Origin: Daphnia carinata
Taxonomy: Eukaryota
Direction of reading: 5' to 3'
DNA: 64,000 nucleotides
Assembly (NCBI RefSeq): GCF_022539665.2
Contig: NC_081332.1
Span: 6,076,001 to 6,140,000 of the forward strand
Shown: positions 35,796-51,800 of the stretch, one piece after another
Position numbering within the stretch: position 1 is the stretch's first letter
How the letters are laid out: each line of letters opens with the position of its first letter
Made by a program: the position numbers and the translations under genes
The notes under the pieces: generated by a model
Told to the model about the DNA's origin: nothing
Databases searched by the model: none
Seen by the model: the letters and a program-made list of their open reading frames with translations, nothing else

Positions 35796-35894
35796 TTTTG
35801 GAAATACCCGCATCGAAGAACCTTCTATAGCACGCTAGTACGCTACAACGCTAGAGTGACGCATCGAAGCTCTTCGATGGGTGTATTTCCAAAA
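35796..35894. repeat. ~100 bp MITE-like hairpin with 24-bp inverted ends
   Basis: ttttggaaatacccgcatcgaaga ... tcttcgatgggtgtatttccaaaa (2 mismatches). It encloses a third copy of the gtacgctaca.cgctag.gtgac motif. Confidence 0.6.
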
Positions 35895-37409
35895 AGATTT
35901 TCTCGTTAAACCAGCCGTTTTCAAAATAAACTAATGAAATATACTGTTAATACCCCGACTTTTTTTTTGTTTTTTAGGTTTAATTAAAAACTATGAGACC
36001 AGTTAAAAAATAAATTTGATGTTTGTGATTACCCATTAAATTTTTCATCGAAATAATGGTGGGAACGATATAGCTTTTCTACTTTTGACCAAATCTGCCA
36101 AAAACGACACCTCTTGAAATTCGGCAAAAATCGCACGTCACAATCAAAAGTGAACTGCCGATATCGATTAAGTTATTGGTTTTCTTTTTAAACCATAATA
36201 CATGAACTCGGCGTCAAATATCCAGAAGCAGATTATAGTTTTTTGTATCGAACGCAATCATACCTTTCATGTTCCAAATTTGTTACTGCCCGTGATCAAA
36301 CCACCGTGTAATAAAGTGGGCGGTTTGCAGATGACGCATGACAGGTTGGTTGTGATTACCGTTCATGACTACCAGAATTTTCGGTGTTCACCACAATAGG
36401 AAAAGCTTGGCTCTATTTGCCCTTCAATTTTACAGGTGCAACAATAAACAACTTTAGGTCCCACAAGTACAAGTTCGTACCGACTTCCAACACAATGAGA
36501 AAGTATAAACTGCAACTGTTTGGATAACATTTTGCCATGAGACCATTGCTACGCGTTCTCCACGTATGATAAAAATTGGCGTTTTCTGAATTGCAAGCAA
36601 ATGACGTGGCGATGGTCGAGAATAAAACTGCCACAAGTTAGCTAACTCACGCAAAAGTCTTTTTTTTGATTTGGGATGGGAGAATTAAGCTAAGGACAAT
36701 GAACTGCAGCAAACGTTGTGTCATTGAAAATTGGTGCAAGTAACAGATGTGTTGAATGTAATAGTACTCGACATGTAGGAAAGCAAAAAAAAATCTTATC
36801 CAGTTCGTACAGTCACTGCGGTCACTTTTCGGAAACGCTAATTGAAAACAAAGCGTTGTAGCATAAGGCTACCGCATACGAACAACGGAATCAAATAAGC
36901 GTGCACGTAGTATGCTGTTACCGTCAACTATCGAAATTCGAACTAATATCCAAACATTGAAACTCTGGGAATGTGATACTGTATTGGTCCTAGTCAGGAG
37001 AAGAAAATACAATTGGAAGGAAACGGAAGGTGTGTGACAAGATATCGCAAAACGAGTGTGGCAAAAACAAAGCAAGCAACGCCGCCGGCGAACAGGTGGA
37101 GGAGCCCAGACTAGGGAACAAGAACTAGAAGAAAAGTGGTTATTATTAGTATAGAACCCACGTCCACATGGGTACACAATGTAGTGAAATTATGAAACAG
37201 GGTAAAGAAGTTTGAAACAGTTGCCAGCCCAGAAAACAAAAAAAAAGAATAGACAATTATTGCCTAATTATGAATAGGAATGGGGAACAAGGAGGGATAG
37301 AAGGAAAAAAACGAGCTACATAATTTGGTGCAATTGTAGCAACGTTGTTTGTTACTGATGTTTTGGAAAGCGATGCAGCTGTTGATCTTTTTCAGTTCTC
37401 GCATTTGAC

Positions 37410-38685
<1,276 letters not shown>

Positions 38686-39797
38686 TTAGTCTGTAATCAG
38701 GAAACGAAAAAAAAAAAAGAAAGAAAAGATAATCAGCCGCCAGTCACGAGCAAAAATCAAGGTGCAAAACGAGTCAAGCACGACTGGTCAGAAAAACCAA
38801 GGATGTCCTAATTGACAGTGTACTAGTTTCTTTTAGTTTAATAATGGTTGGTCGTCACGCTGCAGTTCCAGCTCGTTCTGGAAGCCATATCTTAGTTGTC
38901 TGAGCATTTATACTTAAAAAAAAAAAAAACAGGATTTATACAATCTCTCTTAATAAGTTTAAACTCTTATTACATGCTCCTATACACGCGGAAGTGATTT
39001 CTTGAGATAAGTACCATCGTGGTTATGCTTGGGTAAATTTAATGCGTGTCTACTATACCCGAAAGCAAAGAAGCCCCGCAGCACCTTTTTCTGCAACACG
39101 AGACAAAATTCTTGCGAACCGTTATAATGACATGTGGCGTTGTTCTAGAACATTTCATCACAACAGATCTTTTCAATGTCAAGAGGATTGTGTTGCAAAA
39201 GTTTCACCAGCGAAATTCTAAAACGCGTAATTTTCACATCTCTTAACTAAAAAAAGAAATGTCAAACGATTGACGGCTAGCTTAAGCCTCAAGTAAAACG
39301 AAGCGTCGTCTAGCACAGACCACAAATTAGCCGATCTTGACAAGTGTCAATTTTGTTATTTCATTGCTATACCACTAACTTCTGTCGGTAGTAGACAATT
39401 GTGGACCAGTGTTTCGAAAAGCGAAACTTAGTTATGGATGGGCGAATAAAAGAAAATGACAAGACTTACCGAGACAAGAAACTACGCTTGTTGTTGGGTA
39501 GCCGGTTGGCGAGCTTGTGACAGGCAAAAAGCTCTTTTCAAAAGAGGGACGGGAAAAGAGGGGGAGGATAGGAAGCTATCTGACGCATAGACCCAGATAC
39601 CAGGACGACAAATCGCTTCATTCTCAAATTTTCAAGCTTAAAATAAAGAAAAAAGAATAATCTAGAATGTATAAATCTTTTATCTTTGGTTTGTCATTGA
39701 AAAAATAGCACTTAATGTATAAATTAATTTTTAAATAGTTAAATTTAGAAGTTATAGAGATCTGGCAACAACGCAAAACTTGCAGGCAGATTGTTCT

Positions 39798-39807
39798 CCT
39801 TATATGG
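39798..39807. promoter_or_regulatory. CArG box (SRF site) upstream of the actin coding region
   Basis: CCTTATATGG matches CC(A/T)6GG, ~1.1 kb 5' of the actin ATG, between two minus-strand splice-donor-like sites (~39469, ~40294) that may mark 5' UTR exons. Confidence 0.5.
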
Positions 39808-42800
39808 TAATCTTGAACCGGATTGGTCAAAAGAGCCCCCCAATTTTCAAACCCCCTTTCCTTTCAACTGCTATGCTTTGCGCCGATTCAGATGTCTGTG
39901 GCCTAATGACTCACATGGGCCTGTTGTTGTCCCACACCCCATCCACCGATAACTGTTCGCTAGTAAACTGGTAGACATACGAACTCTATTTACATCATAA
40001 ATCCCTTTTCCCCTCACCCGACAGTTTCGTTCTCGACAAAATGGATCAATACGGCGTGCCTAAAGTTCTACGGGCCTTGCTCATGCTGTCTACGACTATA
40101 GTGACGCCATTCGCAGAATAGTCACCGCTGCAGGCCCTTCTAACAATCGTTAGCCCTTTTACCCATTAAACAGCTGGTACGAAATTCGATGAAGTAAACA
40201 GACGCTAAATGAACTCAGATGTTCTCTTTTTCAAGTACTGTTATCTGGCAATGTGAAGCAGTTTTAATAGTAAAAAAAAAAAAACAGATCTCACCGTAGC
40301 CAGTGTCCAGCAAATGATGCACATTACCAACCGGTATTGACAGCTTAAAATAATGCTGTTTGACCGTTGGCGGTATATTTTTATCGCAACGGCTTTATAT
40401 GAGGAATAAAAGTTTATGGCTGTTATAGTTTTGTATTACAACTTGCTATTTTATTTCGTTTTGTTTGCCGGTCGTGGTGGTGGTTATTGTTATTCAGCCG
40501 TTTGTCAAATTTTTGTACAAGGTTTTCTGACTGGCCGAAAGATGGCGGCGGTAATGAAAATTTAAACATTTGCAAATGTTTAATAACGTACATTAAACAT
40601 TCTTGTAGTCTATTCTAGAAAGAATACGATTGCTCTTCACGATGAAAGAGTAGAATCTGATACTTACTAGTCGTAACAGATCAAGCATGTAAATAAGTAC
40701 AAATATGACATCATGTCAAAATGAGAGGCTTATCTCATGTATGCAGGACATGGTCCAGATGCATCTTCCAGATAAGCATAAGTATCAACTTTAAAAACCG
40801 AATCCCTGAAGTAGACAGCTAGATAACAGTAATGACTCTTGCACAATAAAAAAATCGACACTAACAATGTTTGTTAGCAAACAAGCCAAAGGTAAAAAGC
40901 CAGTACAATGGATACAACTCGTCTCCTTTACTCTTTTCTCCTTCCATATCAAGGACATCTGACGTGTCTTATCATGCCATTTTTTTTCTTCCAAGAAGTT
41001 ACACGTGCATTTTTTATTTGGTCATTGGATTTCGTGCTTCCACACCTAGAGCTCGCCGCTAATTTGTAAATAATTGCCAAGAAGTCATCAGCGGCATACA
41101 TGCAGTACCGAGAAAATTGGGAAATACCTCGTCTTTTGTTGCAAGTCGGACTGCCTCTCAATTAGCTTTCAAATCGAGTGGTGCTTTTGCGTGACCAATT
41201 ATGATAACGAGATTCGGATAGCATTGTTAAAGGGCGTCAGTATTTCGAAATGATATTTATTGAGTAAGAAGGATGATAGAAAACAACGAAACGTAGAAAT
41301 AGTTGATGACCACCAATAACGAGCCTCTATGGAAATTTCCAATAAAATAATTAAATGGTGTAGAACAACTGTTTTGATAGTGCCACAATCCATATGGCTG
41401 GTAATGGTTTCCTCGTTCAAGCGAAAGAAACATTTTCGTGCTGTTTTAATTGAAATGATTGATCGACGCCTATCCACCTTTAAACAAGGAAAAGAGGGTG
41501 CATCAACCAGGAGATTATGTCAGATTTCCCCATACAAAAAACGGTAAACATTGCTTAACCAAAAAACTAAAAAAAAACCCGTTGATTATTGCAACACGAT
41601 AAACTTTATGAACGATAATATCTCGTAATTTTTTGCGCTTAAATTCACCGCTTTGCATTGTCTGTAATTTACGAATATGCATAGCTCAGGATCGATTATA
41701 GCGATAGAATGCTTGCGATAGTTGCGAAAGGAACACATTTCTTTTGTTTCATCTCTTATGAGGAGGTGTTCTCACCTAACGACGACGATTAATGGCACCA
41801 GAAAAAAATTATAATGAAAAAGGTAATCTTAACTCGATTTGACCCCGCCATTTACTGTATCAATGTCACAGAAGCAAGAAGGTCTTGTCCACTTGTTCTC
41901 CTGTCATCACTTCTCATATTTTTTTTTTTTCATCTGCTTTAGAACGACGTTCTTATATGGACATGATCTCGCTGTTAAATATGGAATTCATATCGAATAA
42001 TTGATGAGGAACTGCTGCATATGGCTCGACATTGTACCTTTTCCGAGGATGAATATTAAATTAGTAACAAATGGAATACATCACATTGTTACCCTGAGTT
42101 GCCCGGCGTATTGTTCTCTTTTAACAAAATTTAATATCTGTCTAGCCACGCTTGGCGTAAAAATAAATCGTCGAAATGAAAGTTTTGCGCTCTAGGTTGA
42201 ACTGAGGGGCTTTATGAATGTTTCAACAGCTGGTTGCATCATAATGTAATCCAAAATCGTCGATTTTTCTTCGAATAAATTTCATTTCGTTTCATATTTA
42301 CCTTTAGCTCTGCTCAGACTGGCAAAACTGAAAGATAACAAAACGACCGTACGAAAAGCAAAACGAGACGGATGAGCCTTGCATTCAGAGCTTATCTGTT
42401 AACTTTTGGGCTGATGAAAACTGGATAAAGGTTAACTACACTGTCGAAAGGATAGGACGAATATGCGTGACGGCCTATTTCCTCGTCTGAAAAAGAATAG
42501 AAAAACCTGTAGATTTTGTGTCAAAAGTGAAGTGTGGCCGTTACGTAAGACCCGTGGAGCGACGGAGATTTCGTGATGGCGAAATAGCGTGTCCTCGTTA
42601 CGTGGGAGGAAGAGGGTCGCTAGGTGATACGACTTTTCGTAATCTTTAACTAATCAAAAATGATTTGACAGTTGGCTATTTCGAAATGCATTCCTTGCTC
42701 CTGTGTCCTATTGAACTGGAATAAAATTTGAAGTTTAAACGCTACAGATAGCAGCTATACACTTGTGTGTCCTTGATACCTTTCCTGTTGCAGTTAAAAG

Positions 42801-45800
42801 GACTGTTATTTTAATCCGCTTTCTTTCATAAAAATCAAGTAAGAAAAAAATAAACTAATAAGGAACTGGGCGGCAGGAAGGCCATGTCGTTTGTAGTAAC
42901 TCTAGTTTACGTATAGGCGGGTAAAAACTGTGGGGAATGTTTTCGTCGATTACATACACACCATGACTTGTTGTGGAAATGTGATGTCGGAAGGTCAGCA
43001 AGATCAAAACACTTTACAGTACACAAAAGATTTTTTTTTTTTTCAAGGTAGAAAACACAAGACATAAGATCTCTGCTTTTGATTTCTTTGTTCGCTTTGT
43101 TAACCCCTTTCTTTTTTCTTCTTTACCTCCCATGAATAAAATAATACGTTACGTTGAAGCTTACAGGGGGGTACATCGTGAGGGGTAGATTTCTGCCGGA
43201 GATAGAGAAATCAGAGAATCCCCCCCCCCCTTTCTTATGTTCGTACATATAACACAAAAAGATCTTCATACGTTGAAGTCCTCCTATAAATACACAGATA
43301 CACACAGAGTGGGTAAAACTTAAAAAAAATATATCTGATGTGCTGGTGTACAACAGTTTATAAAACGAGCTGGTAACAAATCTATCGGTTGGTCACAACA
43401 GGACCCATTATAGACGTGTGTACCTGCTGTGATGCTATGCAGCACGTAAGATTGTCTCCTCTGCTATGCTGCGCGAAGGGCTAAAAACATGGTTCACGAT
43501 TCGTTTTCCGAGTGTGTGTTTTTAACGTATTGCGCAACGTTTTTTTTTTTAAAGTTTACCTCCCGGAAGAAAAGAAGAATGTCTGTCATAACAAAAGAAA
43601 AACAAAAATCTCGATGAGGTATTACCGGCAAAAATCGAGATCGTACATTTTGATAAATATACACGATTCGCATCGACGTAATGCTATATAGCGAAACCTT
43701 CACGAGTTCTTCATCACCTTCGGGCGACATTAGAAACGCCATTCTCCTAATATTCTTTAAAAAAAACAAACATGGCAAAGGATATTCATCTTCAAATTAA
43801 TGCAACATTCGGGCAAAGAAGCCTATCATTTTATTAAAAAATGATACTGGCACAAGAGGACTTGAAAACATAGTTGGCAATCAGCCCTGTGCCTGTGGCC
43901 TTTCCTTGAAAATACAATATACGTTTCGTTAGTGAATGACACACAAAACCAATAGGGGTCTGCCCCTATTCTACGGGCATATCCGAAGATTGTGTCACGT
44001 ACCAGTCGCGATGATCTACAGGTCCACAAAAAAAAGAAAAAAAGAAAAACGGGGACACGACCTTTCTAGTTATAAGAGATGACAGCTCATCATCTACTCG
44101 TTATCAACAATCTTTATTTAAAGAGGAAAAGGTGTCTGCGCCAGATCGAAGAGGACGCTCCATTCAAAACCTAGCGACTTGCATTGTTTTCCCACAGTCG
44201 TCGGGACACGCTTCGATTCATCTGTCGACTCTCCTTTTTTTTAGGCCTACATCTATCGATAAAGCCGAGTTACAATGCAACATTGGGGGGTGTACCCTTG
44301 TCCCGACCTAATTCAATTCCGTGGGTATTATCTTTTTTTTTCTTTTTCATCTGATATCAAATAACAAAACCCAGCAGATTTATAACGAGTCACAAGAGGC
44401 TATATGGCGGTGAGTAGTGGTCGCGTGAGAGCAGCAATTGATGAATATGGCCCGTCTTACCAAAGTGATCACGCAACGGGTTCTCCTACGAAAAAAAAAA
44501 TTACATCCAATCATTATAGTTATACCCTTGTAGAATAAAAATATATAGCAAAAGAGAGAGAGATTCGTAGGATGGTAAAGACACCGCCTCTTCCATGCCG
44601 GCGTCGTAGTCAGTATGAAATTATTGTGTAGGTCATCATACGCACAGAAATTTTGAATAGCTCTGGCCAGCTTTGCAACGATAATCATTTTTCACCACAC
44701 GTTATTCTACATCGATTTCTATTATGGACGTGAACAAGCCGCCGCCGCCGCCTCTGTCTCGCAGCACTTGTAATTTCAACGTCACGTCCGAACGCTAATA
44801 AATTTAGGCAATAACACGTGATAATTTTTTTTATTTCATTTTTTATGTGTCCCGAACGTAAAAGAGATGCGTGTTAAAGCACCAGTGTTGAATTACCGTC
44901 GGCTTCCATTCGAACTGTTGGCCATGAAACACGAAACAGATGGTTTTCAAGAGATCCAACACCTATCGATAAGATGAAATTCATTTAATGACAGGTTTCA
45001 ACGCAATGCATTACGAAAGAAATATAATTTTGCTTTTGCGTCTACTTACGATGTTTGATCGAGTCACATCGTTGGAATCTTGCCACGTTTACACAGACGC
45101 AGATATCGCATAATTCTAAATAAGTCAAATCGATTACTGCGGAATGCTGCGCAGTTGGACATCCGGGGAGTTGGCCCCCAGTGAACAAACAAATGACACG
45201 AAACGACTCCACCCAACCAGTAGGTAACGAAGATGAACGCTGAACTATGGATACGACATGTGACAAAGAGGTTTTCTCTAGTCCCCCTTCGCCCATCTGA
45301 TCGCTATGATGAACGGACACTCTCACACGAAATGTTTGTATGTTACATCTGTTTCTTTTTTTTTTTAACTCGCAGCCTCCCCGCTACTAAACAAGACGCT
45401 CCAAACGCAATCACGTGGAAATTCGTTTTAAAAAATTCTTTAGAAAAAAAAAACGTCCAGCAATTTTTTTTTAAGACTTAGAAATCATACTAAAAACTAC
45501 ATGATATTCTATAATCTTTTTGTCCCTTGAAAAAAAAAAAAATCAACAAATGCGGGTATGGTTTTGAAAAAAAAACCGGCTTGCGTGCATTTGTTTCCTG
45601 CGACACTCCGAGCTTTTTAGATAGGATGGAATGCAACGTGCGGTTCATACACCGTGACCGAACCTTGTGATGCAGAGGCCACCTAGTCGATCGAATACCC
45701 ACGCTCCTTTATTTATTTTTTTTTTTTGAGCCTTCATCATTTTTCCTTGACTTTTTCCCTCCCACTATACGTTTCGACTGATCGACTTGTATATCCAACT

Positions 45801-48800
45801 TGATTTTACTAGCACCGAAATTCGAACAGCGCTTTTAAATAATCGATGAACATGGAACAATACTAGGTCGTGTTGCCGTGTGATGGATTAGTATCGATTT
45901 TAGCATAGATATGGACGTTAGATTGACTACGAAGAGGGCGAGGCTAAAGATGAAGAGGGAAGTGTCTTCATGTCGTGAATGGACCGATGACCTAAATATC
46001 CATCAGTTTTCTTTTCCATGGGATTTTTTTTTTCTTTTCCTTAAGATTTCTCATGTTCGCACAACTGACAGCAAACAAGTATAGAACACGTATACCTGTG
46101 TGATGCACAAAAGGGCGAGGATATCCCTCGATGTATACGTATGCACACGTACCACCCACGTATGCGATACGAAAAGGTGATGGAACGAACGGCAATATTC
46201 CATAAACAACAGAATTCGAACATAAATTATGCGTGGGTATTGCCAGCAGTGCGTTCAGTTATTTGAATTATGAAACGAGAAACCGACGTCTGCGACTTTT
46301 AATGCCGGATGTGCTTGAAAAGGAAATGAACGTTTTCTTTTTGTTGTGTGTCGTTTAACAAAGAAGAAACTGTTGAGCCAAACAGACAGCGTTTCACGGT
46401 ATTCCCTAAGATTTATGATATCAGTAATGACCACAGCTGTAAAATAAAAGGCGAGCTTCTTTGCCCACATATAAAAGAATATTTGACCACAGTTTTTAAT
46501 CGTTTTTCTTTGAAGATGTCCTGCGCCAATTGGAAAGAAGCAGCTTTTGCATTTTAATGAATCTGGAAAAGAGCTGACGGCCTAGAGGCCTTCTCGCCAT
46601 ATTGTTACACAAATCGAAAAAAGACGCACAAAAAAACATTTATTTTTTCCCAGAAAAAAAAATCAAACAAATGACGGGGCCTTAGCCCAAGAGTTATTTT
46701 TTTTTCCTTTGTTAAAGGAACAACACAAACAAATATGGTTCTACATGGTAAGCTCATATAAAATCGACATCTCCCAATCCAGGCATACCAACGTATGCAT
46801 TAATGCGGAGCTAGTCCGCTTTTCCCTATATGTACACATCCCCCTATTTCGTATTATTGAATCAAATTTTGAACGAACATATCACGTCAAGTCAGTCAGC
46901 ATGTATACTGTTGTGCATACAGTAAATTTGTTTATTTTTTTTTTATAGCAAAAAAAAATACATACGGCTGGTACTGGATGTCATGCATACACACTCAGCT
47001 ATGCGCTCTGTGCCTTCAATTTTTTTTTTTTTTTTATCATACGTGAACTCGTATTTTTTTTTTTGTTGGCTGTTAACCAAAACTGTGCTCCACCTGTTCT
47101 TGCTTCCTTTTTCTATCTTCCCTACTTCTCGATCATATTTTTTTTGTTAGCAACTTCTCCTCTTGATAAAGTGAAAAATGTTTGTGTATTCTTTACGCCT
47201 TTCAACACATCCGTCAGGCCCAACTGTTTACAGTTTGCCGACGCGGGTATTAACAATTGTTCTACCGCTATTAATCAATGCTGTATCGGAACGTGAGCGA
47301 AAAGCTTCCATCAAAACCGAAGCGGCTTTGATCGCCTACCTACGCAAATAAAAGAATGTTGACGTCGGTGCGCCCCAGTCACCGGCCAAAGAGAAAGGTA
47401 AAAAAAAAAAACGCTTCCAAGATTCCAGCGACCTTCAATGTGTTAATGTCCTACATAAAATATTAAAAGCTATTATTTACATTTTTTTTTCATTTTTAGA
47501 CACGCGCTAATGGACGCAATCGCTAACACAACATGTCTGATTTTAACGGTATTGGTCCGTATCATTCTTTACTCACCCCAACATATTTTTTTTTGTATAT
47601 TAAAAAATGTATATGCTCAAGTTACGAAAGAAAAAAAATATATTTATATCCAATCACGCTACACGAGTTTCCACTACAAGGTTGTTTATATGCATCGCCC
47701 CGACATGCGCTGGATTTGTAATATTCATTGGCATTAAATCACTATGGGTTGTCCCGAAAACATGCTGTTCATTCTAGTCTACTGACGGGATTCCTCTTTC
47801 ACCGTGTTGCTAGAAATATTATATATATATTTTTTTTCTTTCCCCTCGCCTTCTTGTGTTTCTCCTAAATGCGGCGTTAGAGATTTCTTTTGTGATGGCA
47901 GTGGGCGACCACCTCGAGTGCCAACGCGGTATAAACATAACGACGCCAGCGCCTGCACGACAGGAATCTTATTCCAATCGGTTAAAAAAAAACCAAGCCT
48001 GTCCTATATTGGCGAAGATCTGCGTGTATATACGTTGAGCAAATATGATGGTAAAGAATCAAAGAAGGGTGTAGGAGGAATAGTTAAACCGCTAAGATGA
48101 TGCAAGACACACTCAGTACAGTCCTCTTTTTATCTTTTCACTTACAATATCCTGCATCTTGTCTGTGTCACCTTCCATGGCAGAATGGGCAGGATTTTGG
48201 AAAAGAATGAGAACAAAAAATAGGCCGAGGATACGTCAACCCACTAGCAGAAGGTACTCCGGACACGCATAATTTCACGCCGTTCAACTTGCACGGTTTG
48301 GAATAAAAAAAAAAGCGAGGGAAATATCAATAAATAATTTTTCTTTCAAAACACGGCCAACAGTTACGGATCGTAATCTGCATGTACTGATCTAGCAAGA
48401 AAGAAAAGGTACGGGGGGGGGGGATAAATTTGGAATAAGAATAGAACCGGGGCGACGACGAACGAAAGCTTTTAACTCTCAACGGGACGCGGACACGGTA
48501 AGGTAAGCGCGTTTAGAAAGAAAAATAAAAGAGCGTTTCCTAAACAGTTGCATAGAAATGGCTCTCATTACTCTCCATCGTTACATAAGGAATCGCCATC
48601 TTGACGCGGTTAAGGCTGGTCTGCGTGAGTGGTGTTGTTTTGTTTTTTTTCTTGGGTTTCGTCCTCTTTCGAGAAAAACTTGTACGGCGAACAGCTATTG
48701 CCACCCCTGTGCGCCAACTGGCAGGTGGTATACACATAGGTAACAGGGTACACTATATTTGTGTGACTATGTACTGCCAACTTCGTTCGAAAAAAAAAAT

Positions 48801-51800
48801 AGTAATAAATATTTTTTTTTTAAAGAAAAAGAATAATCGAGTTTGATAAAAAATAAATAAATAATTTTGAAATCATGGGGAAGATTCTCTTCGGGTCGCG
48901 TGTCCATACCCCATGTTAATTCTTAGGATAGGCTATTATTCTTCCTGAACAGTGTATTAAAAAGCGCTTGAATAAATGCGATCGAATCGAGTTTTTGTTT
49001 TGCTCTTGAATTTTATTTGTTTCAGGTAGTCTATGCTTAGGTCAAAGCGGATAATTATTCTTTTTGATAACAAATAATTTGAAAAAATAAGTCTTGATGC
49101 GTATACCCCATTATGTGCCCGGAATACTAAATGACTCAGGTTTTTGGATCGCCGACGGAACTCCATTAGTATAATTCAACATTTTATCTCGTCTGGACCA
49201 AAACTAAATAAAGGGATACCTTTATACCATTTTCCGGTTTCTTGCATTTGTGCAGAACAACAGGTGTTGTCTTCAGTCTATTTTTAGAACATTTTCATTA
49301 AATGTTTCTTCTTGTTAGTGGATTGCCAAAGGTTATTTTTTTTTTATTAAAATGATGAAACTTTTTTTCTGCCGAAATCCAAATGTGGGTATGGCACTAG
49401 AGGTAACACAATGAATACGCGAATTATACACAGACAATGTAAAACTAAATATTATATATTTTAGCAATTTAATAATTCATGTTCAAATTCGATTGCATCA
49501 CTTAAATATAGACCGCATTTCAGTTGAGGCAACATCGATGTCAATTGGAATTGAATTCCAACGTTTTATGTAATTGCCGGACTGTTTGAACTTGTACGCT
49601 TCAGCTGTACGCAAAGAAATTCGATTCTTGGTTGCCGTTTCGAAATCGGAGAATTCACGACTACATTTTGTTTTTGTAGCTTTTTTTGTGGCCCATTGCG
49701 TATAAGTGTTTGAAGAGGGCACTTATAGTTGAACGTCGTAGATATAACGCCTTCCTTCTTTCAAACCTCTACAAGGACATTAGAAAAATTTGAAGGCGTT
49801 ATATTGCGTCCAGCATTCCTTATACGAGACGAGAAAGATATCTCTTCGTATAACCCGAAATGACTCGGAGGAGCCGTGAAATTCTTATTGCACTCGGCGG
49901 CGCGATCTTGATGGAATTTACCTGGCCGAGCTATTCCTATGGTAGGTTAGTATGGTCCTTTTTTTACAACCGCCCAGGAATATTTCATTCATTTATTCTA
50001 CGTCGGTCTGCTCACAAAAATCTTGTCGAATTTCATTTATGACTTGGTGCATCATTTTGAAAATGTTCAAATCAGTCGAATGACTCGTTACTTGTAGAAA
50101 ACAAGTAAAAATTGCCAACGAAAACAGCCTAGACGCTTCCTATCAACTGGCTGAATGATACTCACGTTCTGCCTGAAATGATGAATCAAATCAAACGTCT
50201 TGGACATGTTCATGTGTACATATTCTCTTAACGAACATAACCATAGCTGGGAGGCTGGTAGCAATTCAATAACCACGCTCACGCATATCAAATTCAAATG
50301 AAAACCTGATGAAAATCTCTCTCAGTCCCTGGCTGCAGTGAATGCTTGTTGAAAAGGGCGTGTGCGCAACCGTAAAGCAAGTAGGCGGGACTCGGGCACA
50401 ATTGAATCCCACTCTGTCATTGTTTTAAAGAAGAAATACACTGTACGTTAGGAAATACTTAAATGCCGTCTCAGATTTTTGTGTATACATGAAAACTGTT
50501 GTTGCCTTGAACTTTTTGACGTGTAAAATCTCTAATTACTGGATGATGGTTACCCTCCTGGATTGAGCCGTGATGGAAGAGGCCTAGATGTCTTATGCCA
50601 CCAGGGCTTTTTTTTCTTATTTGTATGCCACGTAGGTCTGTGTAAGCAGTCAACAAATATCGACTTACAAACAAAATAGTTGTAATATGTTTCCATTCAT
50701 CTTGGTCCCTTACTTTATCAACACAAATAATTACGGACCCCAATTTCTACTTAAACTGAGGTTTTGAATGTCTTGAAGGCATTTCCAGAGCTCTTGTTTT
50801 TGACGCGTTGAAAACTGTTGCATGGCTATTTTTAATTGAAATTGGGGTTAATAAACAACCGTTACGCGTCGTATGATGCGTCTCTGAATTCGGCCATGGT
50901 CTTATTTAACAGACAGACAAAGCGAAAAAAAAAAAAACAGTGAATGAGATAAGTGTTAGAGAAGTGTTTTTTTTTTCAAAATTGAAATGATTGCAAGGTC
51001 GCTAATGTTTTTTTTCGCTGTGCAAGTGTATACTATCAATGCTTTCAAAGTGGATCTTAAAAAATGCACTTTGCAACCCGTATAGAATCATGTTTATATA
51101 CTGGTGCCCGCGCCCAATTATTAAAAAGAAATCATCCTCTTCTCTCTACGAAGCATAACGAGTGGGTAATGGAAGCTCTTTCGCCTCCGCAATCCTTTCC
51201 ATTTTCACGCGTGCAATTATTAAGACATTTCAACAGTTTCGTCTTCAAGTTGTCGAGCAAAACCATTCATTTCATCATCCGCCATGACGTCACTGTTATT
51301 TTTAATGCTCTTTATTTATTTATTTATTTGTTATCCGATTGAAATGTGCGATACCTTTCGTGCTAATTTTTGTTTGTTTCCCTATCGATTAATCTCAACG
51401 TTTTGGATAGGGAACAGTATTGACTTTTCTGAATAGGCCATGCTCAATATATAAATGCGTGCTATAACTAAGAATGAATTCCGGTTTAGAAAAATGCGAT
51501 GCGACCCCGTTGGACGTGTACCCCCCACCAACGCCTGTTGTTTTTCCTATGCGCACACACCGAGTATGTTTCTCGAGCTATCGACCGCCCGTATCTCCAC
51601 CGATGATTGGTGTTGTGCATTTGCCTCTATCGGTTCACGTTGCACAGGATGCCAATCTTTCCCTCGCTCTTCGTCACTGTTTTTCTTTTATTTTATTTTT
51701 TTTCAATATCGAAATGTTGTCGCCTGTTTTAGGGGCCGCCGTCGACCGGTTTCCGACGGCCCAGCGCGTCTTTCTGTACGCGAGAATCCATCACACTTCT

